Of a DNA stretch of 64,000 bases, positions 38,843 through 51,643 are shown piece after piece; the first letter of the stretch is position 1, and the number at the start of each line of letters is the position of its first letter. Both the position numbers and the translations under genes were made by a program. This stretch comes from Phoronis australis (taxonomy: Eukaryota > Animalia > Phoronida). The stretch is taken from positions 26,051 to 90,050 of the forward strand of contig NMRA01000128.1 of assembly GCA_002633005.1 (NCBI GenBank). The letters are read 5' to 3'. Below the pieces are notes generated by a model, which saw only the letters and a program-made list of their open reading frames with translations, ran no database searches and was not told the origin of the DNA.

Positions 38843-40030
38843 CTGGAAAAATTCACATTAAAGGCAAAGTATGTATTGAAGACTCTTAAAGTGTTATCTT
38901 ATTGTCAACATTTCTTTATTAACATTGAACACAAAAACATTATGACCCACAACCAGCATGATTTGCAAAAACAATGAATTAAAAATTAAAAATCAAACAA
39001 GAAAATTGTGAATTTGTCAAACAAATCTTGAACACAATAACCTTGTTGACTCTACAAAACTAACATTATTTCATTGTCATTAACCTCTGTGTTGTCAAAG
39101 TCATGTTGGCTTACTTTTACACAAGAAATAAACAATTGTAGAAACATATCAAAAGATATCAAAGCATCCATCAATAAACAACTATTGATAGTTGTCCCAT
39201 GAGCAGGGACTGAACGAAATTCTTCAGTTATTTGCAGAAATATGATTTCCAATAATTGACATTTCTTATTCCTTAAAAAGATGCTAAACCCAGGTTTGAC
39301 CTATTAACAGATATTAAAAACGACTTTTCAATCCAGTTCTGTAAAACAAAGTAATGCTTTGTAACCCTCAAAAGTTTGGAGGAGATTTTGAAAACTCCTT
39401 TCAAAGTCTGCTTAACGGGCAACCGTGACCTATGCGTGTAGCGAATTATACGGCAACGCCGGATGGGGAAAGACCACCTAGCAAGAACTCTAATATTCAA
39501 TGTGTGGCATAGGGAGCATGAATTTTTAGCCCATTTCTGCTTTTATCTTTCATCATTGATGCCAATGATGCATTAGCAGATGACTCAATGAAAATTGTTT
39601 GAAATCGTCAAACCAGGGTTTAGTATCCTTTTCAAATCTGTCAGTCTTGCAATAAATAATCAAAAATTCACCAAATGCTTGTTATTTTATAGGCACAGAG
39701 AACAAACCTTGTTGGAATGAAGCAGAATTTCAATAACGAACATATTTATTGAGAAATGACAAAATATAAATTAATTTTCTGCCATACTGTGTGCTCAAAA
39801 CCACGGCAACACACATGAAAGACAAAACAGTGGATATTTTCAAACTTCATAGAAGTACAGTGTGAAGCCTGGGGCTATTCATAAATTTGGCAAGTATTAG
39901 ATGTCTTATCGATCAAAACATTTCACTTTTAAAAAGGCATTATTTGGTACCATGTTGTCAAATTAACACAGATTCAAATCTAAGTGTGATGCTGAGTAGC
40001 CAAGTATTTTAAGGGAAATTCGTTAATAAA

Positions 40031-40454
40031 AAGTCCCGTTTAGACATCAGCTTTTGGCCCGGCGCAACTGACACGGAGCAAATTGACCCGTGTCAAGTGG
40101 CTGTTTACACACACAACTCACTAACCGTGGCAAGACGGATATTATATGCTGGAGAGACTGGATCGCACATGAGCAGGTTTACAAATGACGAGAGTTACAG
40201 AGACAAAGAACCCATACGTAGGTCATTGCACAAGCGCAGTAGAAATAATACTTTCTGCCTTGCTCTAGTTTCGTGTTTCAACTTATAATGAACACGGCGC
40301 AAGATGTTCGGGTGCAAATTGCTCTACCTCACAAACGGGTGGCAAAATTTGTTACTGCGGTGTCAATTTGCTCCGTGTCAGTCCGTTTACACACTGGAAC
40401 AACTTGTTCTGTGTCAGCTGATCCATGTCAAGTTTGTAAGTGTAAACGGCACTA
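40031..40454. mobile_element. Palindromic MITE (duplicate at ~58860-59281)
   Basis: ctgacacggagcaaattgac is inverted as gtcaatttgctccgtgtcag; ccgtttagac/gtgtaaacgg ends. Confidence 0.6.
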
Positions 40455-40673
40455 AAGTCACAGGCTTCAATTTCATATAATTCTACTGGCAATGGCTGGA
40501 AGCCAACATCAGGAATCGGTGATTTTCTATGAATTCACAATAAAACACAAAATTTTTTGTTTTATAACTCTCATCAAAGTTGACAAGTGGAAGAAAGCTG
40601 CCCTAACTAAGGAGTCAAAAGAGTGTTTTTCCACAATAAAACAGATTGTGTCTCCTATTAACAAAGTACCTAC

Positions 40674-40774
40674 ATGACCCGGAACACTTCATCAATCTCA
40701 GCCCTTTGTGTGAGATGTCGGTAGAAATTGAAGAAGTCGTCAAACATGAACTTGTTGGGGTTTAGAGTGTCATT
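40674..40774 (-). CDS. PLCB: PLC-beta exon A4, EF hand (NDTLNPNKFMFDDFFNFYRHLTQRAEIDEVFRV)
   Basis: tttcag/gtaggt; 101 nt; phase fits. Confidence 0.95.
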
Positions 40775-41109
40775 CTGAAATAGAACATTTAGTCAACTAA
40801 CTTCCCATCAATCAGTTGGACATTCTTTAAGAAACTATAACATTCAAACTTTCAAATATTTCATTTCATTTCTTAAAGACATATACAGCTACAAAATCCA
40901 ATTGCTCACTGCTACCATCTACCTCCTATCAGCTATGAAATGGAGACATACAGAGTGTATTTACTTATAAAACAAAGTACCAATACGCTCTGTCACCAAG
41001 TTGGGAAATGTTTTCAATGTTGCTTCAAGTATAGTGACATGCGTGATATTAAAATTTTATATGATTTTGATTGCAGAATGAATGTTCGCATCACCGACTC
41101 TGTTAGAAT

Positions 41110-42030
41110 ACGGGTAATGGAAAATTACATGTAGGATTCATGGAAGTTTTTGAAGCCACTAGCTTTCATTCTCATCTCAAGACACTTCATTGGCTGGAGT
41201 GGTGGGTACTATGCCTCGCACATGCCTGTTGTGTCATCACTATCGTCATGTGTCATGTATTGTGATCTCTGTTGGATCGTTGGAGGGAATAATCATGCAT
41301 CTGGCCAAAGCACATTATACAAAAATTAAACAGGCACATTTGCATCACATGCAGTAAACCCATCTAAGAGTTGTTCTCTTCTTTTAAGGGTAAAATACAC
41401 ATATTTAATGACAGATACTTTTGTATTAGCTTGCAGGCGTATACAGGATTCTCGAGTTGGGTGCTTCCACTGAACTTCTTTCATGGAGGGAATAAATTCT
41501 GATGGCATGAGAGATGGAGCATGCCAATGGATTTCCACAGCTTCACGTATCTTTCTGCACCAGTATTTATCCTCCCTTACAAGGATGATAGCATTACTCG
41601 ACAATGTTGAGTAATGTCCGAGAACAGTGTTCACCAATCTCTGACTCTGAGCCAGTCGATATTCTCAGCTGTTGCTCAATCCTAGTGCAATGAGGTTCCA
41701 AGCAGTCTCATCCATATATCTTGCATTACAGTCATTCTTGAAGATAACAACTCATTTTCAGTGCAGGAATAAACACGACGCAGCTGCAAAGGTGTTGGCA
41801 CGCTCCACCTCTCAATAAAGACTCGGGCTACGATCTTCCCGCAGTCTATTCCTTCCAACGATCCGACAGACATCACAATACACAGCACAAGACAATAGTA
41901 ATGACGTAACAGATAAGGTGAGGTTCCAATTACCGGCCAGTTCACCCAACAAAGACCCCGAGACAAGATCGAACGCTAGTGGCTTCAAAACTTCCATGAC
42001 TACGACAGGTAAGTTTCCATTACACATGAT
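41110..42030. mobile_element. Old Penelope-like relic with inverted ends (duplicate at ~59935-60860)
   Basis: Minus-strand ORF EDKYWCRKIREAVEIHWHAPSL; gctagtggcttcaaaacttccatga at ~41975 is the inverse of ~41139-41164. Confidence 0.6.
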
Positions 42031-42679
42031 TTTGATTATCGCCAAGGAAAAGCTTGTTTAAGTTTTAGGACATGCCTATCTTCACAAGCGATGCCTTGAA
42101 TTGCGAGCAATAACAAAACGTTCATCTGAGCTTCTGCTATCCAATTCAACAGTATTGAATTGGCATTCTTTTCACAGTATATAAGTGTTTGTTTGGATAG
42201 ATTACTTTTATTATTTTTACATTACTTGCACCACATTGTATTGTATTTAATTACTCTGTATTATTTTCTAGATTGACACATGTAGAATCTACAAGTTCTT
42301 ATACAAGCAAGATTCATAGTACACAGAAGAAAGAGATGTATGTATGTTACTTAATTCTCCACTTCTTTTGCACAACAACAAGTCCCAAAATGGTCATATT
42401 TATATTTTTCAAAGACTGATTATCAATTTGCAAATTATGGCAATTTAAGCAAATGTTGTTTTATGTCATCTACACACTACAATCCATGCTTGTAAGACTA
42501 AAATGTTCTTAATCTTTATTTTTTTTGGATAAATTTGATAAAATAGTATTTCACTTGTGGGTCATATCTGCCAAAAAAGTGAAGAATTACCGTATTTTGA
42601 CTTATGAACCACACTTAGAAGAAATAAGTAGCGAGAGAAACACCACTTAAGTATATGTCAACATATTTTGTTACAGTAC

Positions 42680-42764
42680 CTTTCCCGAAGGGAGATTGGC
42701 TGCTTCCAGTGCCTTCTCAACTTTGCGTCGATCATCTTTATTGGATGCAAAATGCTTCACCACA
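42680..42764 (-). CDS. PLCB: PLC-beta exon A3 (VVKHFASNKDDRRKVEKALEAANLPSGK)
   Basis: D.++VE.AL..LP.GK motif; 85 nt. Confidence 0.95.
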
Positions 42765-43349
42765 CTGTGGAAAAACATTTCAATTAACTTCATATTAATG
42801 CAGAGTTCAGTACGCCGCGCCTGCCACGCATATCACAGTTTCCACTTTCCATGAGATAAAATAACCATGGGTTTTCCATGAAGAGAACCTTTTTGTCAAA
42901 TTCCTAGTTGATGAAACCATGTACCCCATTCAAACCCGATGGAAGATAAAACTGAATATTCATGAGTCGTTCCACAAGACGGCATTTATATTTTTTGAAT
43001 CAATTTTCAATAGATGACAATATCTATTACCTAGCAAGGCCACCAAAATAATGAATTTGTACAGTATGCACCATGAAACCTGGCATATAAAGCATTAGCC
43101 TTACATTTGAATATAAGGCCACGACCTTATGATTGAATATGGCCTTAAGTATATCTGCTTAAAATCAGGGGTCACTTATATACTTTTAGACTTGAACAAA
43201 AGCATTAATTCAAAATAACAAATTCACAAAACATGTTCTTTTGTTTTTGGTTTATGTTTTATTATTCATTTAATGATTTCATGGAATGGTTTTAGACAAC
43301 TCGTAATATTTTAAAAACTTTGATTCACGAAAACAACAACAGTTTTAAA

Positions 43350-43395
43350 ACTTGACATGTTTCGGTGTCATTTATTAAACACCATCCTCAGAAGT
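43350..43395 (-). ncRNA. Minimal hammerhead ribozyme (Penelope type)
   Basis: Reverse complement of the 44404-44449 motif. Confidence 0.8.
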
Positions 43396-44403
43396 CATAA
43401 TACAGTGGCCACCTAGCTAGGCCCAGCAACAAGTAATGAAGCACAGATACAGTCAGTTACAGGGAGTGACAATGAACTAGACCAACAATGACAACCTGTG
43501 GTGCGCCAGTTGCCTATTGAGATTGGGCTTGCACCAACTGATATGTAAAGCCTCAGGAATTTTAAGCTCCTTTGTTGTTACTGCCTGGTCTATTATTGCA
43601 AAGTCATTGAAAGAGCACTGCTGATAATGATTGGAGCTCTGCAGGTGAATATTTACATGTGAATTACTGTCAGAATTTATATGTTCCTTGGTCCTGGTTT
43701 TCAAATGGCGAACAGTTTCGCCTATATAACTGGAGCCACATCCAGTACAGATAAATTTGTATACTGCCTTGGACCGTAGACCCATAGAAATTTTGTCCTT
43801 AGGTTAAATAAACTTGACAGTTTTAGAGACTTGAATGTTAATACAACTCTTAAGTTCACACAGTAATCATTCACCAAATGTTGAGTTTTCGTTGAGCAAT
43901 TTTGGCGTAAAACCCAACAATAGGTATTTTAAAGTACTTGTAGTTAGTTTTGTCTACAGGATGAACATCATCAGGGTTACGTTGGAGTCTTGCTTTCAGT
44001 ACCCTATTGACTAATTCTAGGGGATAGCCATTCTTTTGCAAATTCGTTGTAAGTTCTTTGATATTAGAATAAAATCTAGCCCAAGTGTTGTAAATGCGAT
44101 ATACCCTATTAGTGTTTTAATGAGACCTACTTTATAAACAAAGGATGTGAAGCTATGAAAACAAGTGTACATTATCAGCAGTGCTCTTTCAATGACTTTG
44201 TAATAATAGACCAGGCAGTAACAACAAAGGAGCTTAAAATTCGTGAGGCTTTACATATCAGTTGGTGCAAGCCCAATCTCAATAGGCAACTGACACACCA
44301 CAGGTTGTCACTGTTGGTCTAGTTCATTGTCACTCCCTGTAACTGACTGTATCTGTGCTTCATTACTTGTTGCTGGGCCTAGCTAGGTGGCCACTGTATT
44401 ATG

Positions 44404-44449
44404 ACTTCTGAGGATGGTGTTTAATAAATGACACCGAAACATGTCAAGT
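44404..44449 (+). ncRNA. Minimal hammerhead ribozyme (Penelope type)
   Basis: actt-CTGAGGA-t-ggtgt[loop]acacc-GAAAC-at-GTC^aagt: catalytic core, stem II, palindromic stem III (ACATGT), stem I actt/aagt. Confidence 0.82.
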
Positions 44450-45168
44450 TTTAAAACCGTTGTTGTTTTCGTGAATATATGCTGTTACTTGCTATCATGA
44501 AAAACTTTGATTGTTCTTTAGGCAATTATCAACCTTCATGGAATTTTTTAAAAAGCAATACATGTTGAGAGTAAACCATAAATATGAGAAATGGTTCCTC
44601 GGATTTTGAAAGTAAGAATATGTATAGGTCAAATATGAAGTCTCACGCAGGTTAGGATTTTATATGAACTCGTGTTCACTGCACGAAAAATGGCAATCAA
44701 CTGGCTATATACGATTGTCCAATGCTTACAGCATGAATTAAGATAATTCAGTCTAGGATTTTAAAAATATGCATTTTTGGGCACAATGCGGACAGCGAAA
44801 TGTGTGAAAAGACATAATGAAGTTTGAATATTAGCTTAGCATTTTGATCATGGCTGATTTGCAGAAACACCAAAAAATGATAACTGGTTCTATATAACCA
44901 AAGAATCCTTTAAGTATTTACGAATTTTTAAAATGCATTTCTCAAAATGTATTATTTTGCTTATATGCCTGGTTTGACAGTATATCAAAAATAAAAACTT
45001 CCCCCAGAGCATCACTGGTAAAACACTTTCTTTGGTAATACCATAGATTAAGAATTCGTAGACACTAACAGGAGTCCTGCATTATGAGAACCAGTTTTCT
45101 CCACTGAAAAATGGGCATCGAACTGGTTCTCAAACTCTGGGACCCATGTAAGTGACCATTGCCCTTAC

Positions 45169-45302
45169 TTTTTCATGGCTATCTTTCCTTCATGGTGAGT
45201 GACAAGTGAGAACCTCGTGAATGTTTTTTCCAGGAACGATGTAACAGATCCATTGAGCGCCAAAAGGTTTTGAGAGTATAACAGCAGTTCATCTGCCCAC
45301 TC
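45169..45302 (-). CDS. PLCB: PLC-beta exon A2, PH C-terminal helix to EF1 (EWADELLLYSQNLLALNGSVTSFLEKTFTRFSLVTHHEGKIAMK)
   Basis: W..EL....NLL..N.S motif; cttcag/gtaagg; 134 nt; not in the ORF track. Confidence 0.94.
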
Positions 45303-45861
45303 CTGAAGCAGCAAGGGTAGAACGATTAAAGCAAATTTCAGTCAGGAAAATGCACCAGATTCTTGAAATATAGTCACCGATAACTTCAATATTATCAACT
45401 TGAACAATGTAAATACCACAAAGTACCAACACAACAGGTAAGCCGGCATTGCACAGTAGTTCAGGTATTTGCCAGGCGACTTTTACCATACTGAAAAATA
45501 TTTATCCAAATTCTAGCCAAGTATCTTAAAACCTTACCAAATTTGGCAAAAAATAAATACTAAAGGTGATATTTTTTTAGTCTTCAAGGGCTTCCAGTAT
45601 GGGTGTCAAATCCCACAATGCCTCAAAACATTGCCTGGGAGTAGCTATGGTGTATGTTTAACATGTTGAAGTATCTACTTGGTGCTTTCATGTTTTACGA
45701 AACAAATGGAGAAATAACATTTCCTTTGAACGCCATCTTGTGTCCTAAATGGATGAGATTTTACCGTAACTAGTAGAAAATTGTTTATTTCCACCAACAC
45801 AAACGCCTCTAAGCAGAATGAGAAGTGTTATCGAAAAAAAAAGAAAGAAAATCATTCTTAC

Positions 45862-46002
45862 AGTGGCCAACTCTATTGAATTGCAGACAAAGTTCAGCCA
45901 CGAAATGTTTATCATGTCAGTTCCGTAACAGATCGAGATAGTTTTATCTTCCAGCGCAATATCAGGGGCTCCCATCATGCACGAGTCTCTCAGTTTACCT
46001 TC
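45862..46002 (-). CDS. PLCB: PLC-beta exon A1, PH domain (EGKLRDSCMMGAPDIALEDKTISICYGTDMINISWLNFVCNSIELAT)
   Basis: LEDKT.++.YG.D++N+.++NF motif; tttcag/gtaaga; 141 nt, phase 0-0. Confidence 0.95.
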
Positions 46003-47381
46003 CTGAAATATTGGAATGAAAACAAAATGAGAGCAGAAAGCTAAAAGACAAATGAGACCTTGTGGAGATGCAGCAATCATCATCATGGACATAGTTTCAG
46101 GAGAAAAATCAGCTGGCATTGGATGATCATTTTATGATCACGTGACAAGGTAACTGGATGGTGTCTCAAGACGTATATCACATAAATGTTATGAAATGTA
46201 CTTTTTGTAGAACTAGCTATTACATCAAGACCTGTGATGTACAAAAGTATTTAGAACAAGGGCGAGGTATACATAATCATGCTACTGACATCCTACGTCA
46301 TCAACAATCGTCAAATAGTCATTGCTGATCACAGATCGCGTGACACATGTCGCAAACATGCTCGTTCAAAACTTTCTGCGTATGCAATTTCCATTCAATT
46401 AATTTTCATGCGATAAATGACATAATGCACATTTCTACCTCTTAGTGATTTAACAATTCCAAAAATATTATGAAGGGATATCCCTGACGAGCTTTGAACC
46501 TGTGCCCTTTGGGTGCACTGGACGATAAAAAGAGTGCTCTTTTTCAAAAGGCTGTGCCCAGCAGACTTAGTGTAATCAAAGTGCTAACATATGAAACAGA
46601 ACCCAATGAGGCAATCGAAATATGAACAGAGCCATGTTCATGTAAAAGTTGCATTTTTACTTAAAAATTCCAATCTGACTTCAAACAAACTGTTCAGCTG
46701 TAGTGGAATGAGAACAGTCTTATTATAATGTAAAATCTGACATACTAAATTAAAAAGTAGGCAATCAGACAAAGACTTCAATAAAAGATTTGCCTGGTGG
46801 GCACACTCCTGCTATTGCACATTTTTATTTTTTATGTGCTAATGGCGCAAAGGCGCAGTTCAGGAATATCCCTAAGTATGGCTATTTCGATTCCTTCTAC
46901 GATTTGAAATTGTCTCATCTTATATCAAATAATTCTTAGAATTAAAGAGCTGTACGTGTCATGTACCTGAAAACTTTGACATGCGAAGATGTTATATTTT
47001 AACAGTCGGACAAAAATCTATGAGAGTGTAGACATTGAGCTTGGTACTACCGGTATGTCAGGAATCTTGTCCCTCTTCAAGCTCAGATCACTAAACATGT
47101 CAAGTGGCCTGAGCTTCAAGTAAGTGGACAGTCTTTGAGACTGAGCTAAGTAAGATGCTTGGGGCAGGTTTTATTCAATTTTCCAAATTAATGAACGTAA
47201 CGAGACAAAACTAATCCGACAAAATACTGTTTCCGAGTCATGGCGGATAGTTCTCCTAACAACAAAAATGACTGGTTATAACTATTACAGTAGCAATATT
47301 TTAATTACGAAATGGCTAATTAACTGAATTTCCTGTTAATTGCCCTTTGTTCTCCACAAGGGAAGATTACTCTGACGATGA

Positions 47382-47515
47382 ATTTGACTTCTCCCCACTT
47401 GTCATGACAGGGAATTCCTGGTCATTTGACTTCTCCCCACTTGTCATGACAGGGAATTCCTGGTCATTTGACTGACTTCTCCCCACTTGTCATGACAGGG
47501 AATTCCTGGTCATTT
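47382..47515. repeat. 42-bp x3 tandem repeat at the duplication junction
   Basis: atttgacttctccccacttgtcatgacagggaattcctggtc x3, directly before copy B begins. Confidence 0.95.
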
Positions 47516-47941
47516 ACATTCAGGCCCAAAATAAAAATGATCCAAGAACCAATCACTTAAATTTTGAGGCTTGGCAGAGGTCTGGGATCTTTGAATGCTT
47601 TTTTATTTGTTGTCTAAAATACAATTCATTAACCACATTACTCGACCACACAACCTTTCCACGCCATGACAGAAAATAATTTCCATTTCCCCAAACAGGA
47701 CATCCAAGGCACTGGAAAGTGAAAACCAGAGTCCAAATGTCTTTGACTTTTGGCATGGCTGGCTAACCCTTCCAAAATGACAGGTGACATCTCAATTCTT
47801 TTGAATTGCAGAAACCAATTGCTATCACGACAGGGATAATTTTGAGACCAGTAAGAGTCAATGAGCTTATATAATGATTTTTGCTTCAATAAGTAAGATT
47901 AAGAGTACCCTTTAAGTTTACATTGAATTTAATTTGCTCAC

Positions 47942-48096
47942 TTTAAACGGAATCTCGGTGCACATAGTGAATCCATGCGTAATCATAGGTTCCTCATCTC
48001 CCTTGCCATCCCAACAATCCAGCTCAATACACCTACAGCCACTCAGCAATACTTGACGGTACACCTCTACTGATGATCGACCGGTTATCTGATGAC
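47942..48096 (-). CDS. PLCB: PLC-beta exon B7 (duplicate of 32965-33119)
   Basis: Same peptide, intact splice sites. Confidence 0.88.
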
Positions 48097-51000
48097 CTGA
48101 AACAAACAGTTGCCATGTTATTTTTTATAAAAATAATACTTTTTGTAGTATTATTCACATTATTGAAATCATATTGATAGTGCTATTCATAAATTTTATA
48201 AAATAACAATAAGAAGAGTGTTAATAGAATTATTGAGTGCATTGTAAGCTAGTGTTGTACAAAACTTCATGCTGCAAAGAAGAGCAACGCGGAGCGTTGA
48301 AATGCACCCACGACTGCACCGCAAATGCTGTGCTTCTAGGGGTGTTTTTAGTATCATGAAAATGGCTATTAGATGGCACAGAATGCATTGAACCCATCTT
48401 AAAATGGGAAGGTGTCGTCATCTCTCTATTTGCCAAATTTCATGAAAATCTGTCGCAAAACTCCAGATATAAAGCAGGATTTCAAGCACTTTCAGGCAAA
48501 AAGTAGGAAAAAGTAGGATGCTTTTTCATAAAAAGTGGGAAAATTAGGAACTGTAAAGTGAAAAGTAGGAAAAAGTAGGAACAAAAGCAGGCATTTAGGA
48601 GTAGTTTTCATCAATATTTACCAATGACGTTCACTTCATGTCACAGGCAGTACTCACCATTAGTTGGAGAGCCAGCAGGACTTCATTCACACTTTTAAGT
48701 GAAAAAGGTTTGACAGCGTAATTCTATTGTACATCATCTACCATAAGGAAAGGGGCATCTTGAATTTTTTAGTTTAGTAACTCTGCACACCATGTCCACA
48801 GCTAGACCGGATGTTTCCTGGGGTTAGCAGATAAGACGGGGGTGTTTGGACCCCAAGGGATAACAAGAGCCCCAAAACTGAACTTGTATAAAAGAGGAAA
48901 TACGACAATTTTGATTACTACTATGGATAAAACATATTTCAAGTGAACAAAAACACAATTTATTCTCAAATACAAAAAATGAAACAAAAACTAAGTTAAG
49001 ATACATCTGGGGTAACTAAATGAGCTGGCTTCAAATTAAAGCTAAAATAAAACTGCTTGTAACAAATTGCCACTATTAGGAACCACAGTGTTAGTCGAAT
49101 CCACGTACCTGTTGTCAAGTTAACAGGAATACAATTGAAAAGTTTCAAAAACATCTTGCAAGGGGTTTAGGAGATACAGTCGTAGATGCAAAAAAATGTC
49201 GCTAAGGGGCACCGTAGTACTTGGACCTGTCTGAAAATCCACATCAATCATGCTCTTGTCAGTAGGAACACATCTGACAATTTTCATAGTGATCCTGTGT
49301 TGTCGGCAGATACAGAAGCAGATTAAAAAATAATTAAAATTGCCACTAGTTGGTCGAATCCACCACAAAATGGTGCTGTCATTTTTATAACAGAAATTTG
49401 TTTGCCAAATTTCATGAAAAAGCACCAAGAAACTTTAAAATTACAGAGGGAAATGTAAAAAAATAAAATTGCCATCAGGAAGAGCTGTAGTTGGACTGGT
49501 ATGAAACTCATCATCTGCTAAATTTCACAAAGGAGATAAGCTGTAGACACAAAAACAATGTACCTAAGGGGGCGCCATAGAATTTGAACATGTCTAAAAA
49601 TCAACATCACCCTATGTCTTCTCATCAGGAACACATCTCCCAATTTTGATATATCAATATCATTATTTATCATTTATTGTAAATCATAGGGATTTCCTAC
49701 ATACATAAATACAGAAATTAAAAATATGTACATTTGGAATATTTACACGTCAGAGACTTTCAAACGATTTGGTGGATGAAGAGATTGACATCAAAAAGAT
49801 ACTCAAAAAAATTTCAAAATGGCTACCAGGTGGTGCAGAATACGCCAAATCCATCCGAAAATGCAAAGGCAGCGGCGGCGTCTCCTTAATAGAAACCTAT
49901 TAGCAAAAATTCATGATAATAAAAATGGCCACTATACTTCGAATCTATCCGAAAACAGGAACCTGTCATCATCTCTGATGGAAACCAATTTATTAAATTT
50001 CATAAAAATCCATCAAGGTGCTTCAAAGATACAGAAGACAATGGAAAAAATTGCCACAATGGTGACACAGCGGCAACTGGATCCGTTCAAATGTCGTCGT
50101 TTGTTGCTAACTTAATATAATATTACACTTGCCAAATTTAATAGTAAGATCCTGCAGAGGATTTAAGAGATACAGCCATAGATGCAAAAAACACCACTAG
50201 GAGGCACAATAGTCACAGTTGTCCGAAAATCATCACCATCCGTCCTCTTCAAACTAGATACACGCTAATTTTCATAATCATACTTGTAGTGGTTCGCCTG
50301 ACAAAGGCGTGAATTCCAAAAACATCGAATCCATCCCAAAATGGGAATATGTCATCGCTGCTCATCAGAAGAGGATTTCAGTATATTAAGCTTACACTCA
50401 GACAATTGGAAACACAAGGTACACGAGGCTATTGAGATTCAAGTCCACAGACCAAGATTGAACAGGGGACATGACCTTCTTATGGGATTCCCTCTCCCTG
50501 ACATTAGGGAATCCCCATTATTGTTTCTATTGGTTTTATGCTACAATGAAAGAGTTCGCACCCAGTGCTGAATCAAGTCCGTGTGACATGGACGAAATGG
50601 CTGGGCACCGACATCAAGGTACAGTTTTAAGGTTCCAAAAGGATCTTCACTCAATATTTTCATCATTTAAATGGAACCCAGTAATATACATAGTCACAAT
50701 TCACAATGATTTGGAACAATTGTTCTTATGAATTTCCAAAACACATTTATTTGTCAAACATGAGATACAGGAGGGCACTAGACAAATGACTAAATTTGGC
50801 TAACTTTCCAAAGTCTAAAGTCATGTCTCAGAAATGGCTGATCAGATTCGTGTCAAACTTCCAGGTACTATGATTTATGCGCAGTTCTTTAAAAAGACAT
50901 TGCTTTTAAAATGTTCAACTTTTTCACAAGGGGCTTTTATAGGATTTTTGTGAAAAAAAAATCAAATGTTGCATAAAATGAAAACAAGACATGTTAGAAA

Positions 51001-51496
51001 ACTGACATCATCTTTGAGATTTCAATCTGAGCACTGATATCAAACTAAATTTGAACAGGTTACGAATACCGTTGTTTTACTACAACTGTACCTTCCTTTT
51101 TGTTAAAATTTTCCAAAAAGAAATGGTTACGTATCACAAATGGCAGATTGGTATTAAGAGAGAAAATAAATGCCTACATTTAAGTTTTCTCCTTTTAGAA
51201 AATATTATTATGCTTTTATATAGTTACTTTCTATAGTTTCTACACATTCATTTAAAAGAATGATAAGGTCCTGCATAACTACATTGAATCAAAATCTGAT
51301 AACAGTCAGATATAAAGACATGCCTGCATTTTGAGAACCAGTTTTCTCTACTGAATAATGGGCATCACACTCGTTCTAAAAATGTCCGACTATGGCTCAA
51401 ATTCTTACCCAAGCGCCCACACCACATAGGGTACTTTTTAGAACGAGTATGACAAGTAGTATAAAAGAATTACCTGTGAGGTAGGTAGCTAATTAC

Positions 51497-51643
51497 CTGT
51501 GAGGTAGGTATTGTGAGAAGAATTAATAAAGTAATGTGACATGGGTTGACTCATATCCTCGTTAAGGTCGTACTTGTCAGCTGGGATGGGCAGGTTGTCA
51601 TCACTTAGAAGGTACAGCAAGAAGCCCTGCTGTGATAGCAAGC
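51497..51643 (-). CDS. PLCB: PLC-beta exon B6 (duplicate of 35624-35770)
   Basis: Same peptide including SSHNTYL, intact splice sites. Confidence 0.88.

Larger units (their letters stand above)
43326..44499 (-). mobile_element. Penelope-like retroelement, 5'-truncated, with inverted pseudo-LTRs and a 13-bp TSD
   Basis: GIY-YIG ORF 43477-43785 (VYKFICTGCGSSYIGETVRHLKTRTKEH...EALHI...PNLN); ~300-bp inverted repeat 43323-43620 vs 44176-44476; TSD aaaaactttgatt at 43313 and 44500; absent from copy B (~62145). Confidence 0.92.
32542..46380. repeat. Segmental duplication copy A (pairs with 47516-64000)
   Basis: Colinear, highly similar exons and introns from acattcaggccc (32542/47516) to aaactttctg (46380/64000). 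Confidence 0.97.

Noticed and set aside
45289-45489. ORF-track peptide MVKVAWQIPELL... (and 62830-63129)
   Set aside because: Wrong frame; the real exon is 45169-45302 (EWADELL...).
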